Shown piece after piece: positions 38,653 to 52,444 of a stretch of DNA of 64,000 nucleotides. The notes beneath the pieces are model-generated. The model had not been told where the DNA came from and did not search any database. It was given only the letters and a program-made list of their open reading frames with translations. The translations under genes and the position numbers were made by a program. The first letter of the stretch is position 1; every line of letters begins with the position of its first letter. The stretch is from Octopus sinensis (taxonomy: Eukaryota): NCBI RefSeq assembly GCF_006345805.1, contig NC_043006.1, positions 36,208,001 through 36,272,000 on the forward strand. The letters run 5' to 3'.

Positions 38653-39050
38653 AAGGCGGTGAGCTGACAAAAACGTTAGCACGCCGGGCGAAATGCTTAG
38701 CGGTATTTCGCCCGTCGCTACGTTCTGAGTTCAAATTCCGCAGCGGTCGACTTTGCCTTTCATCCTTTCGGGGTTGATAAATTAAGTACCAGTTACGCAC
38801 TGGGGTCTATGTAATCAACTTCATCCCTTTGTCTGTCCTTGTTTGTCCCCTCTATGTTTAGCCCCTTGTGGGCAATAGAGAAATAAGAAACGTTAGCACG
38901 CCGGGAGAAATGCTTAGCGGTATTTCGCCCATCGCTACGTTCTGAGTTCAAATTCCGCCGAGGTCGACTTTGTCTTTCATCCTTTCGGGGTCAATAAATT
39001 AAGTACCAGTTGAACATTGGGGTCGCTGTAATCAACTCATCCCCTCCACC
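38653..39050 (+). mobile_element. SINE family A dimer with re-entry at GAAACGTTAGC
   Basis: Tail A ...GAGAAATAA joined to the head-internal GAAACGTTAGC at about 38886. Confidence 0.85.
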
Positions 39051-39789
39051 AAAACTGCTGCCATCGTGGTGGCAAAAGTTGAAGCAATTATCATATTACA
39101 AATACGAACATGTCACTATTACCATCACTACAATCTCTATCGCTACATCTATCACTACCACCAACAACAACAATGACAACAACTCAAGCATCACCACCAG
39201 CAACACCATCTCTGCCTTCACCACCACCATCACCACCACCACCACCATCGTCGACACCTTTGATATCTCTCCTATACATTTGACATGACTCTAAACAACA
39301 ATAAGAATTTTCCACTTTGTTCTGCTTCAACAAATGTCTCTTCATATACCATGGCAACGTGGCAGAAACGTTAGACGTCGGAAAAATTACTTTGCAGCAT
39401 TTCTTCTGGTTCTTTACGATCTGAGTTTAAATCCCGTTGGGATTGACTTCGCCTTTCTTGACCCTCTACAGTCGATAAAGTAAGGTCCCAATCAAGTACT
39501 GGGGTCAGTGTAATCGACTAAACCTCTTTACCTAAAATTGCTGGCCTTGTGCCAAAATTTGACAGAATTTTTATTATTAAGGCGGTGTTGTGGCAAATAT
39601 TTAGTACACCGGACTAAATGCTTGGCAGCATTTCTTTCGGCTCTTTTACGTTCCGAATTCAGATACCACCGACGTCGACTTTGCCTTTCAGCATTTCGGA
39701 TCGATAAAATAATACCAGCTAAATATTGGTGCTGATGTAATCGTCAGGATCCTCTTCCCCTTGTGCCTATAGTTGAATGATTGTTAGCG

Positions 39790-41343
39790 TTGTAGGAACA
39801 GCAAGCTTGAAAGCTCTGCTGGATGTCATGTGTGGTGACCAAACTTGGATTCTGAGGTTATAATGACATATAAGGCTTGTGACGTATGCATTCGTGGTAA
39901 GAGCAATCCTAAACATGTTCCAATCCATCCCTGAGAATATCATACCCAACTCAGCCGTGGGAAAGAATACAAAAACACTTTACAGGTTCGTTCCTGGGAC
40001 ATATGTTCTTAACTGTTGCTGACGCGTACTGGAATTGGTGGGAAGTCGTTCCATGAATTCAGCGGCAACTGAGAACCTTCGCCGCTCATGATCTGCCCGT
40101 AATAATGGTTTCAAATTTTGGCACAAGGCCAGTAATTCCGGGGAAAAGGCTAAGTCGATTACATTGCCCCCCCCCCCCCAGTGTTTAACTGGTATTTATT
40201 TTATCAACTCCAAAAGGAAAATCGAGCTCAGCGGAATTCGACCTCAGAACATAAATACAGACTAGATGCCACTAAGCATTTTACCCGGCGTGCTAACGAT
40301 TCCGCTAGCTCGTCGCCTTATGGTCTACCTGTAATATTAGTAAGTGATAATGGTCCGTGTTTCTTTAGTAAAGAGCTTAGATTGTTTAGGGTATTTAATG
40401 GAATAAGGCATGTATTCATCGCTCTGCATCAATCCTCCTCAAACGCCCAGCTGAGCACGCTATTCATACATTCAGAGAGGTAATAAAGAAGATGTGAATG
40501 GGCGGGAAAGAGAGACTTGAAACTAAGGGAAACAAGTTCTTGTTCCCTTTCAGAATTACTCCACATTTAACAAATGGAGCTTCTAGTGAATTGTGGTTCA
40601 AACCTCACTTACCGACCGCTTTTCACCTACTGAAACCAGATACTCGTCGTCCAGTTCTACGGGGTCAAAACAATATGGCGCAAAGGATGAAGATATTACA
40701 TCTGAAGCGTATATTTAGAAAGGATGATCGTATTCCTGTAAGAAATGTTGGTGCTGATGAACGTTTGGTAGAAGGTACTATAACCCGTCAGTTGAGAGTA
40801 GTAAATTTTGAAGTAAGAGAATGTGGAAACATGTTAGAACAACATGTAGATCAATTTATGAAGCTTCTGACCCAGTTACTGAAGTGTTGGTAACCTATGT
40901 TTTTATTGTCACTACAACTGAGGTTCTTGAAGTTTCTCAGTCACCTGAATTGCCAGGTGGAGTTCCTGAATCGGACGAGGCTTCAATTACTGCTGATTCT
41001 CCGCTGTGTTATGTTGTCTCTCCCAGTACACCTAAAGTACCGGCTGATCCTGAAGTTCGTAGATCGAAGTCGGAGACGTCAACTGCCCTTCGAGTTTAAC
41101 AATTATGTGTATGGAAAACATTAAATAATAGCTAGTAGGTTGTGTCGACAAGAACATGGAAGCAAGGGAAAGAACTTCAGTGTTAATTAACCATCTCTCT
41201 ATGTAGCTCTCCAACAGAGAAAAGGTATAAAAGGTGCTTGGATTTAACAGTGGCGGCCATCTTGAAGGGAGATTAATGAGAAAGAGATTCAATGAAGCTC
41301 CAGTATGCAGTGCTTGCGTTTAAATCTATTGAAGAATATAACA
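39790..41343 (+). mobile_element. Gypsy/Ty3 LTR retrotransposon remnant: integrase plus probable 3' LTR (about 41107-41343)
   Basis: HVW*PNLDSEV..YKACDVC (Zn finger), PWERI..FTGSFLGHMFLTVADAY, GLPVILVSDNGPCF (D,D35E core), FRITPH, RHVDQ-like EQHVDQ. Putative LTR runs TGT...AATATAACA with TATAAAA at about 41227 (low confidence). Confidence 0.85.
40105..40319 (-). mobile_element. SINE family A inserted in the Gypsy integrase
   Basis: 17-bp TSD with 3 mismatches: ATGATCTGCCCGTAATA (40088-40104) and ATGGTCTACCTGTAATA (40320-40336). Confidence 0.8.
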
Positions 41344-43297
41344 ACGACTAGCTAGAAATAGTAGCGAAATCGTCCTGAAATTGATATGCTGAGATAACAA
41401 TTAATTAATTAATAATCAAAAGCTCTCTTTTATTTTGTACATATCAGCAGAATTTCAGACCTCTTCCAGTCAAGTTGTATTATAATTCAAATTAGTTAAA
41501 CAGCATGTGTTCTTCCAATGACAGCAGAGTACAGGGCTGATATAATTCATGCACTGACACAAACTATTTCAAATCACATCATTAATAAAAGCCAAGTTTA
41601 CACTAAAGACGTAGAAAATGTAATGCACATATATCCGTGTTCGTTAAGTTATGCGTTATCCGTGTCTTGTAGTCTACACGTTTTGTCTTTTACTTGTTTC
41701 AGTCATTGAGCTGCGGTCAAGCTGGGGTAGAGTTATGAAGGGTTTTAGTCGAACAAATCATTCCAGTACTTACGGGTTTTTTTTTTAATTTGATATATAT
41801 TCTATCAGTCTCTTATGCTGAACCACTAAGTTACGGAGACATAAACAAACCAGCACCGGTTGTCAAGCGGTGGGGTTGACAAACACAAAGACATGCGCAC
41901 ACATACATACATGACCAGCTTCCACTCAGTTTTCGTGTACTAAATTCACTCACAAGGCACTGGTCGAGCCGGGGCTATCATAGAGGACACTTGACCAATG
42001 CGCCGAGATGTGGAGCTGAACTCGAAACTACATGATTACAAAGCGAGCTTCTTAAGCTCATAGCCATGCTTGCGTCTATATGATCGTCATTTGAAATTCT
42101 TCTTTTGTACTTCCCCAAATGCTCTGCCAAATCAATAGTTCACAGAACACACCACTATATGGAATATCACAATATACAAGCTAATACGGGGGCTTCTACT
42201 TACTCGTTCGACCTGCGAGAAATAACAGCCAAGACCCTATCGAACTACACCATATCGCTTAAAACAATGAAAGCCAGGCCAGTAGAGTATGTAGTCCAAG
42301 GTTTGCTCAGAGAGAAGACAAAAAAGATGGCATAATATTAGTTTATCTTCCTTTGATCACAGATCAGCTCGATCGGGGAAGATTAAGAGATAAACTTAAT
42401 TACATATCACTCATACTATTGCAACACTCCTAGGTCTGTCACAGCTACATACGAAAATACACCACATTCCCGCATCATTACAAATAAACAGCATTGCTAC
42501 AATCTCCTTTATTCTTGCACTTGCATATCGTGTCACTATATAATACGCCAAAAATCTCTGCGTTGTAGTTTGACCAGCTAGAAATCTCTCATCTTAAATA
42601 GGGAGTAATGTGTTGCTAGATACATTGTATCCGAAAACAAAATGGATGACCTCGGATGAAACGCCTTTAAAGTGTGCTGGATTTAGACTTGGTGAGACCT
42701 CAAGGAATATAAAGCTCTTCGGTCTCTCATTAAAAACTACAACAGAAAAATGCCATAAAAATTGAAAACATATATTCCTTTTAATTATTTCGAGTTCAAA
42801 TCCAGCCGATTTCATCATTTCGGGATCGATAAAATAAAGTACCAGTCAAGTACTGGAGTCAATGTAATCAACTTACCTCCTCTCCTCAAAATTACTGGCC
42901 ATATGCCGCACGAAGATAGTTTGTTTATTTTATGCCTGAATTTAGCTCTGTTTTTGACCATAGGTTTGCTCGACTGGGGTTGACTTGGAGCTAAACAACA
43001 TTTGTCTACTCTTAACACCACTTACTCAGAAGCACTACACGACACTGTTTTTGCCAAGAGCCCACGAAGGACTGAACAGCCGTGGCGAGGAACTTCGTTT
43101 CATGCAGTGGTTCTCAACCAGGGTCCATATAAGATTTTGTTGCTAAAATTTATGCGCAATGAATTGGGCATATTTCTACAATGTACAAAATATTTCAACA
43201 ATTTTTTAAATACAACCCTTAATGATATTTAATTATAAAAATATAATAGGACTTTTTAAAACATTGAATGGGTATGAGGGTCCAGTAGAGTAATATA

Positions 43298-43531
43298 TAT
43301 TTCTTTATTGCCCACAAGGGGCTAAACATAGAGAGGACAAACAAGGACAGACAAACGGATTAAGTCGATTACATCGACCCCAGTGCGAAACTGGTACTTA
43401 TATTTATCGACCCCGAAAGGATGAAAGGCAAAGTCGACCTCGGCGGAATTTTAACTCAGAACGTAACGACAGACGAAATACCGCTAAGCATTCCGCCCGG
43501 CGCGCTAACGTGTCTGCCAGCTCGCCGCCAA
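43298..43531 (-). mobile_element. SINE family A monomer (tail A) with 12-bp TSD, nested in a hAT-like fragment starting at 43105
   Basis: TAGAGTAATATA at 43286-43297 and 43532-43543; CAGTGGTTCTCAACC at 43105. Confidence 0.85.
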
Positions 43532-45154
43532 TAGAGTAATATAGGAATCAATGGGCTCCATAGGCAAAAAAATGCCCGAGGCGAATTGCAAGTGCGTAAG
43601 AATCTGTGGGGATACGTTTGTACAAAGAAAAATAATGGAATTTTTATTTTACAGATTCATTGGTATGCACGCGGCTACGCTGAACAACATTAATCAAAAC
43701 AATATAACACATTAATTAACCAGATAGTTATAATACTTTAAATAGCGAGAAGCACCAGAAGTGCCTCAAGTATGTTTTAATTTGAATGAAACGTGTTACC
43801 TTAAGATGTTTGATTCTATTTAACTTTGAAAAGCTCAGAAATTTTAGATATATCTGATAATGTAGCAGTTCTTAGTTGTTTGCAAAATCATTATCCTATT
43901 ATCGTTAAATCTAGCATACAAGTGGTTAACGGTTAAATTTAACGATAAGAAAAACTGTTCACATCAGTGATTCCTCAAAACTGGAAATTTCTCAATATCT
44001 ACATTGGATTTCTGAAATTTTAAAATAGGTAATCTATTGAAGTTAGATATCAAAGTATTATCTGATTGCAAATGAATCAATGAATTGCAAGGAATCGGGA
44101 ACTGAAGTTCTTACATCATCACATCAAAAGGAGCTTCGTGTATTCATAGGTCGCGCTAACGATTTTGTAATTCTCAGAATCTCTTTTGAAATTGATCCAA
44201 ATTTATTGGAATTCTTCTGCATCATTTCTCCACCATCGATTCTAGTTTTTATTCTTTTAGTGTTGTTCACAATGCTACTATAAATCACTATATTCTTCAA
44301 TTTCTTTTTTAAAATGTTCTTTACTGTTCAGTCAGGTATCTGAAAAGAAGTTAATGCATTCGTTACCACTTTCAGCATATCGTTCATTCTTAAAGTATGA
44401 ACACATACATTTTGTCGGTAAATGAGCTAATGAAGGCATTAGAAAGAAACCCAACTAACAGTTTTCTAATTCTCCTAATTCATCTAATTTTTCTAATTTT
44501 TGACTAAAGCTAAATGGCTTTTTCTTTTTGTTTTTGAGATCTTATCGCAAAAATGACACCGTCTCTTAACTATATTAGTGTAAATCGAATTCACTTATTG
44601 CTGATTTAACCCCAGAAAACATCCCCCTTAACCCTCACTTGCACTGTGTGTGTGTGAGGGAGAGAGAGAGATTGAGAGAGAGCATGCTAATCATTTGCAA
44701 ATCAGTTCTCACAACCTCTTTCTGTAATGCAGTAAAAATAAACTATGCGTACTATGTCATATGAAATGTGGAGAATTCCGGAAACTTCCCTACTAACAAA
44801 AACAACCTAACTCGCTTCCCATATTTCAAGTGCACACGCACAAAACTGAGTATACTCAGTTCCCGAGTAGTAAGGGTTAATCTTTGGCAGTCTCTTGCAC
44901 TGATTTTGAAGTAAAATAAATTTCTCGTAAAGTAAAAGTTTACTATAATCATATGTCTGGGAAATGCCCAGTTACACATGTTGTTACCCTAACGCCAAGG
45001 AGTTTGTGTAGCGTAACAGAAACTATGTAAATGGACATTTCCCAGGCTATTTCCTTCTGAGGATGGGCCTTTGCGCCTAAAATATAAAGGACTTTGTAAA
45101 ACATGCCGCATTGTCAGAAGTGTTCTAACGTTCCCTTTTCTTTCTCTTCTTCAG

Positions 45155-45226
45155 AACTACTATGCTTCAAGTGAACTACAACGCTCTTATGTACATTTTG
45201 ATGATGATTGTTTCAAGGATCCTTGA
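45155..45226 (+). other. Candidate exon downstream of a strong 3' splice site
   Basis: TTCTAAC branch-like motif + TTCCCTTTTCTTTCTCTTCTTCAG acceptor; one frame reads NYYASSELQRSYVHFDDDCFKDP*; no recognised homology. Confidence 0.25.
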
Positions 45227-47582
45227 ATAGTATTAGCCAGGTCTTTTATACGGCCAGGGACTATCTTTCAAGATAAACTAATATTCTCAAACAAGTGAAA
45301 CTTTTTTCACGTGCATGCAACAAGACTTTTCAACTAACTTGACTTCAATGTCTACATTCTTTGCAATTAGATCAATTCACCTCATAACTCGCATTATATG
45401 ATTATTTTAGTGATATATCTCATGAAAATAAATCGCCGTTTGCATATAGGGGCAATATCGATTTTCCGAAATCTCTGGTTCCAAAACCATTCCGGATTAG
45501 CGATTTTCCGAACCTGGGGTTATCATCTTGATCAACATACTCTAAATTAGATATTAAATTTACTCGGATAATTAAATGAAATACACGTACCTATACGTTA
45601 ATATAAATGGCATTAAGTTTATTAATACTGTACTGTGCATGGTACGAGTAAACTCGTCCGGTGGCCGAGCTAATTTGAAGCCCTGCTTGTAAACTAGCGC
45701 CAATTATAAGATTTTCTGGATCACCGGTATCCGGGAAATCGGTGTTGTACTTGTATAAATGAAGAGTTCTGTTCAGTTTTGTTCAAACAGTTTGTTTAAA
45801 TAGTGACGTTCCAGATTGTACTTTTTATAAACTGCAATCGTATCTTTATAAATATGACGCGCACACTTTCCATATGGAAAAAAAAAATCCTCTCCGTCAA
45901 ACTATGAATTATCGCTGCGTGTGCCTGTGTTTCTTTGTGTTTGTTTCCCAGTTTTATTCATAATCAATGTCACAAGACAAGCATTAGAAATAAGAGAAAA
46001 TTTTGTCAAAAGCAACTTTCGCTGTTCAACACCTAAAACTGATTTTTAGTCCTTTTAAGCAATTCAGGGCATTCAAATTTGAAAGCACACGAACAACAGC
46101 AGTAACATCTATCAGAGTTTCTTATAGAGGCAGCCCAATCCCAAGGAGAGGGAAGCTACAAGTATTGAAACAGAACGGACGATGTTTAGCAAATTAAGAT
46201 ACTTTTTAAACATGTCCAGAGCAATGGTAAAAAGCTGAAGAATTTGTAGCCGAGATATAATTATCAGTCAACTGATTAGGCTTAAATACTCAGATTTTGG
46301 CTCATTACGCTGGTTTTCTGCAAGTAGTCACATGAGCTAGTCAGGTGATGGTTTACACATTGACCAAGTCCGTGTGTGGAGATTGGATGCATTAGTTATC
46401 CAATCAGATCTCTTACCAGACCAGTCAAGCGCGACAAAATGTTTTGGCTCGCTGGAGCCCCACTATATTTATAAATTAAGAATTTTCTCTAAGCTAGATC
46501 AAAGAGAGGAGTTATTCAGTAGAGAGCTTTCACGCGCTGTCGTGTTCCGTTCAGTATACACCAAGTACCAACCGCATGAAAACCCACTACAGTATCGTTT
46601 ATGTTGTACCAACCTTTGTTCTATTTTCCATCTGCAGTTGAAATAAAGTGTGGCCATAAATTACAACTCTTATCCTCGTATTTCTTTTCGTTGTTATATC
46701 TGGCTCATTCGGAATCAGAAAATTATGTTACCAGGGCCAGAGCCACGCAACTTTAACTCCTAAAAATTAAATGGATGCAAAGTTTCCTTTGTTTTCATAT
46801 TAACCTGTGAAGAGGTGTAAATATATTTTACTGATATTTTATTTTTTAGGGGGAGTTGGGTTTTTCTTTTCATCAGTTTTTTTCATCATTGACCTTAAAT
46901 CACATTCTGCCGTTTCGTTTCGTTTTGTTAAGAAGCTCACTTTCCAGTTATGTGGTTTCCGGTTCAGTCCTAGAGCATGCACCTTGGGCAATGTCTTCTA
47001 CTTGAGCATGGGCCGACTAATTCCTTGTGACTGAATTTGGTAGACGGAAACTACGATGAATCCCATCACGCGTGCGTCTATGTATGTATATATGTGGGTG
47101 TGTGCGCGCGTGCATGCGCGTCTCTATACTGCTCGACTATGTTGGGTTTGTTTACGTCCTTGCAACTCCACGGTTTGCTATAAGTGGTCGATGGAATAAG
47201 AACCAACCTTTAAAACCAATTAAGTGCTGGGGTCAATTTGTTCGACCTAAACCTTTTAAGGCGGTGCCCCAGCATGGCCGTAGTCCTATGAATGAAATGC
47301 GGAAAAGAGAAATAGAGAACACATTAGATGATGTAATCCTAGATATACTGAGTCTAAAAATAAGAAGGCCATGGTTGGAATGCCTCTGATCATAGTTTAC
47401 ACTTTAAGGGCTGGCCTGAGTCTAAGCACCAATATTATTCAGGTCAGGGTTGTGTGCTAAGAAGTTTACTTCCCAACCACATGGTTCCGGGTTCAGTCCC
47501 ATTGCATAGTTCCTTGGGCAAGTGTCTTCTACTATAGAAGTTTGTGAGAGGATTTGTTAGACGGAAATTGAAAGAAGCCCTC

Positions 47583-47720
47583 TCCTGTTTATGATGAAGA
47601 GCTTTGCTCGAAACGTAAAACCACCTTTCTTTCCTTCCCTGAGCGTCTGCTAATACTTTGCATTACCACGTCCTTCCTGTTTTTTTTTTCTTGTGTTTGT
47701 TCTTCGTTTTTTTTTTGTCG

Positions 47721-47722
<2 letters not shown>
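47583..47722 (+). mobile_element. Penelope-like tail with hammerhead (C3A) at 47587-47621
   Basis: GUUU|AUGAUGA|A|GAGC-UUU-GCUC|GAA|ACGU|A|AAAC. Confidence 0.6.
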
Positions 47723-47770
<48 letters not shown>

Positions 47771-47842
47771 AGTGGGTGGACAACCGACAGAAGGGCACTC
47801 AACGTTATTGGAAGTTACATGTATGGATCAAAACAGTTTGAT

Positions 47843-47885
<43 letters not shown>

Positions 47886-48694
47886 CTGAAGCATGCAGTA
47901 TTATATATCCATTAGGCCGATTTTACGAATCATTTTCGCGGCAGAGATTGAACGGAGTGTTACGTAACAATCTGATTATGTAACCCTTCGTTCATCAGAG
48001 GCGGCCGATATGGAATGAAATAATGGCGACTGCATTATTTGTATGTATGTATGTATTATGTATGTGTGTGTGTTTTGTCTGTCTCCCACCCCGCTTGAAA
48101 ACCGGTATTGGTGTGTTTATATCTCCGTAATTTAGCGGTTCGGCAAAAGTATTCGATAGAAGAACTAGTTTTAAAAAACAAACTGAGGGGAATTCATTCG
48201 ACTAAAAATTCTTCAAGGCGGTGCTCCAGCATGGCCGCAGTTACTTAAATTGAAACAATTAAAAGATATATATACTGTATACCAGTACAAAACAACAAGG
48301 AAACTTCTCTCTCAATCCAGTTGCTCGATTTTCAGGAAAAGTCATACAAAATATTTCCCAAACCATACCCTCTTCTCTTAAAATAAGGAAGGACATAATG
48401 GAAAAAAGTGATTCCAATATATAAAACGTGATGACCAAGGCCAGAACATCTTTGTATCATAAGCTTGTTCAATCAGGTCTGGCCTGGGGTTAAACAACAA
48501 AATTATGTACCCCTATAAAATTCTCTACTTGAAGAGAATAGTTAGTAGCATAGTTAGGGTGGGAGCGAGGGTGGGAGGTATATGTTTATGGAGGCGGCAA
48601 TTTGGGTCTGCCTGTATAAGCTTCAATAAGTTTGGGAGCCCGAGGATGGGCGGGAAACTCAAGGGTTTCTCTATGTTGTACTTATTGTAACTAC

Positions 48695-49037
48695 ATCACT
48701 GAGAGAGCCTTGACGTGGTATTCCGATTAGCTAAAAATGGCAGCCAAATATTCCACTTTATCACCTCCCCGCCAAAAAAAAAGAAAAAAGAAAAAAAGGG
48801 AATGACGTTAGGAATGAAGTCATAGACACTCATAGTCGGAATGGTCACGGCTGGAATATATATGATCACAGAGAGCCTCGACGTGGTATTCCGATTAGCT
48901 GAAAATAGCAGCCAAGTATTCCACTTTATCACCTCCCAGCCAAAACAAAGAAAAAAAGAAAAAAAGGGAATGACGTTAGATAATGAAGTCATAGACACTC
49001 ATAGTCGGAATGGTCACGGCTGGAATATATATGATCA
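48695..49037. repeat. Tandem duplication of about 170 bp of a dispersed repeat
   Basis: Units start at 48695 and 48865; fragments of the same family (GCTAGAAATAGCAGCCAAA...GGTCACGGCTGGAAT) are scattered through the window. Confidence 0.85.
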
Positions 49038-51177
49038 TTTGTGTGCTCGATCAGAGTTCACCCATACCTAAACAAAAAAGCTTGACTTTGTGGTTAAGAA
49101 GTCGTTTCAAGTTCAGTCCTACTGAGCGGTGGTACCTGAGTTATTTGACTTCTACTATAGCGTCGAGTTGACAAATGACTAATGACTTATGAGGTGATTT
49201 AATTGACGAAGACTCTACAAACCCCCCAACCTCCCCGCACGCCACATACACACACCATCATCACACATATATATGTACACACATTATATATATATATATA
49301 TATGTGTGTGCATGTGCTTATGCATATGTGCGTGTGTATACTTGCGTCTGTATGAATATGTGTACATGCATAATCAGTAGACGGTTGTTTACGTTTCCGT
49401 AACTTAACGGTTCAGCAAATCCGACAGATAGAATAAATACCAAACCTAAAATAAAATAGTAGAATTGATTTAATCGAGCCTTCAAATCAGTGCTCCAGCA
49501 TGGCCACAATCCAATGAGGGAAAAATAAGTAAATGAAGTGTTATAAAAGGGTATAACAAAATAAATAAAAGAAATAGTAGAGAAAAAAATAACATCAACA
49601 ACAAAAACCCCGTCTAATATAATAACTATAACGTTATAGCACTTCGTTGCTTCCATAACTCGATTTACTACAAACTGCTATTCCATAGTGACGACCAACC
49701 GTAAGCTGCGGCGGCAATGTTTGTTGTGTACACTCGATTGACAATGTCGGCTTTACAAGCTTTCTCCTCCTTTCAACGCCTTTGTGCTTGATTTGTCTGG
49801 CTTTACTGGCCAAGGAAATGACTAACTATGCTAGGCCAGATTAGGCTAGGTCCATGCCTGGCCTTTTTGTGGACTTATATTTACTATATGAACGTTGGTG
49901 GAGCCTTGGGAAGAGGACCTGCTCCCTATAGTTTTTACGGTAAGTTCCGTTCATTTATTACAGCTGCCCACCCCCCTCACTCCCTCTCTCTCACTGACTC
50001 TTAATGTCTATCAACAGACCTTAAGACCTGATGACACAAACCTTTAATTTACGTGTAAAAGGGGACATTTTTAATGTAACAAATTGATTGAAATTTATTT
50101 ATTAGGGACCGAATATTCATAACAGAATAAATAAAATAATAGTTGTGCTGTAATACTTTTAAGTTTCGCCTTGTAAAAAAAAAAAACCCATCTAAAAAGA
50201 TGCTAAGAGACTTTTTTTTTCACGCACTCGACACGTTTGACTGAACGATGCTTGTTATTTTGTTTTATATCTTTTCTTAATTAAATTGAGTATCTCTCTT
50301 TTTTTTTTTTTTAAACTACTGGTCAGAATTATTAAAATATTAGAAATAATTAGAAAAATAATTAGAAATATTAGCTAAAAAGATGCGAAGAGACTTTTTT
50401 TTACGCACACGTTTGATTGAAAGATACTTATATTTTTGTTTATATATTTTCTTAATTAAACCGAATATTATTTGAAAGAAAAAAATTATGGATATTAAAA
50501 TGCTTCATTTGACAAACTGAACAATATAAAGTATGTTAGTTGTGTTCAGGTGTTGCAGCCGAAGTTAACAGCTTAGACTTATCTATTTTTCTATCTATTT
50601 ATCTAGCCATGTCGTCTGTATCTCTATCTACCCTCATCTGTCTCTCTATATATACACTTTCTATACACACTCCTCTCTGGTCTTTCATGGACACATACAT
50701 ACACACACATATACATTCATACATACACACGTACATATATACACACTCGTAAACACACACATACATACACACGTACATATATACACACTCATAAACACAA
50801 CCACATACACTCACACTCATACACACGCACATACACTCACACATGCACATTTATACACACGCACTCACACTCACAATTACACATACAGTCATGCGCACTT
50901 ATACATACATACATACATACACTTACACACTCACATTTAAGTATTTATATATGCAAACACACATACGTACACATATATACATGCATGTACACTTAGGCAA
51001 CTATATATTCACATAAACATACACACTCTCTCACTCACACATTTATACACATGTATACATATCGGTAATGAAAATCACGGATTAACGATTTGTGAAGTTT
51101 TCAGCTTCTGCTAGAAATAATATCTCTGAAAATATACCGTCTCACAGAGACACAAAACTCCTTTTATCATGTGTGTG

Positions 51178-51227
<50 letters not shown>

Positions 51228-51707
51228 GTTCTACTCAATCGGGGTTTAACGAGGGACTCTAACTACGGGTCTTGAAAGTGGTGATGTACCCCCTTAAAAA
51301 TGGGACACGTTAGATGATGTGACCCTGAATTCCCTTCACTTAGAAAAGAAAAGATACAGGCTGGTCACGGTTAGGATTCTGTTGATCATAGGTCTGCTAT
51401 ATCACGACTTACCTGGGGCTAAACAATATGACCAATAACAATAATGAGTGGCCAGAAAATGAGGGCTTAGTTTATTAGATGGGTTCGTTTATAAATCGAT
51501 CCCTTATTTTGTGTCAGTAGCTGTATTGTTACTGCTCATGTTTTATAAGTGTGAGTATGAAATGATTGTGTGCTTTAAAGACAACTTGCCGGTTTCTATT
51601 TTAGCTTTTCTTCTTCTCTCTCTCTCTGCCATTGTTACACCCACATTCAATACATAGGTGTGTGTGTATGAATATATTTTACATATGTTTATACGTTTTT
51701 ACATATT

Positions 51708-51755
<48 letters not shown>

Positions 51756-51826
51756 TTATACATGCACATTTATATATAGTCAAGCATATATACACATGTA
51801 CACACGTCCATCCATACATGTGTATG

Positions 51827-51858
<32 letters not shown>

Positions 51859-52444
51859 AATATATATATAAATATCTATATATACATATAAATATATACA
51901 TACTCATAATATATATAAATATATATACATACATATAAATATATACATACTCATAAATATATATAAATATATATATACATACATATAAATATATACATAC
52001 TCACATATAAATATATACATACTCATAAATATATATAAATATATATATACATACACAAATATATATAATATATATATACATACACACACACACACACATA
52101 TATATATATACATACGCACACATACACGTGCACATGTACACACGCATACATACGCATTTATACATACACGAACACATGCACACATACACACAAACATTTT
52201 GTTCAAATTTTTAATCTTGTTTCGTTGTTTAGCACCTCAGGCCTTCATTTCCCCAAACCCCCGCCCCTCCCACCATCAGTCCCTGATCTAGCAGACCTTT
52301 AAAGAAACGTATTCCACCCGTAACCCCACACCGCTGCCTTTTTTCTTTATAAGCTCAGTGCAGTTAGGACCACAGTATCCAATGCGTACTTCTATCCAGC
52401 TGTGACCACCCCAACCTATTTTTCGACGTAGGGCACCTAGGACC

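Noticed and set aside
46370-46480. CCAAT pair plus TATA-like motif as a promoter
   Set aside because: Such motifs are frequent in AT-rich DNA and there is no downstream gene evidence
47930-48010. Minus-strand CGCCTCTGATGA resembling the 30544 hammerhead 5' arm
   Set aside because: Stem II does not close next to a GAAA and there is no matching stem I
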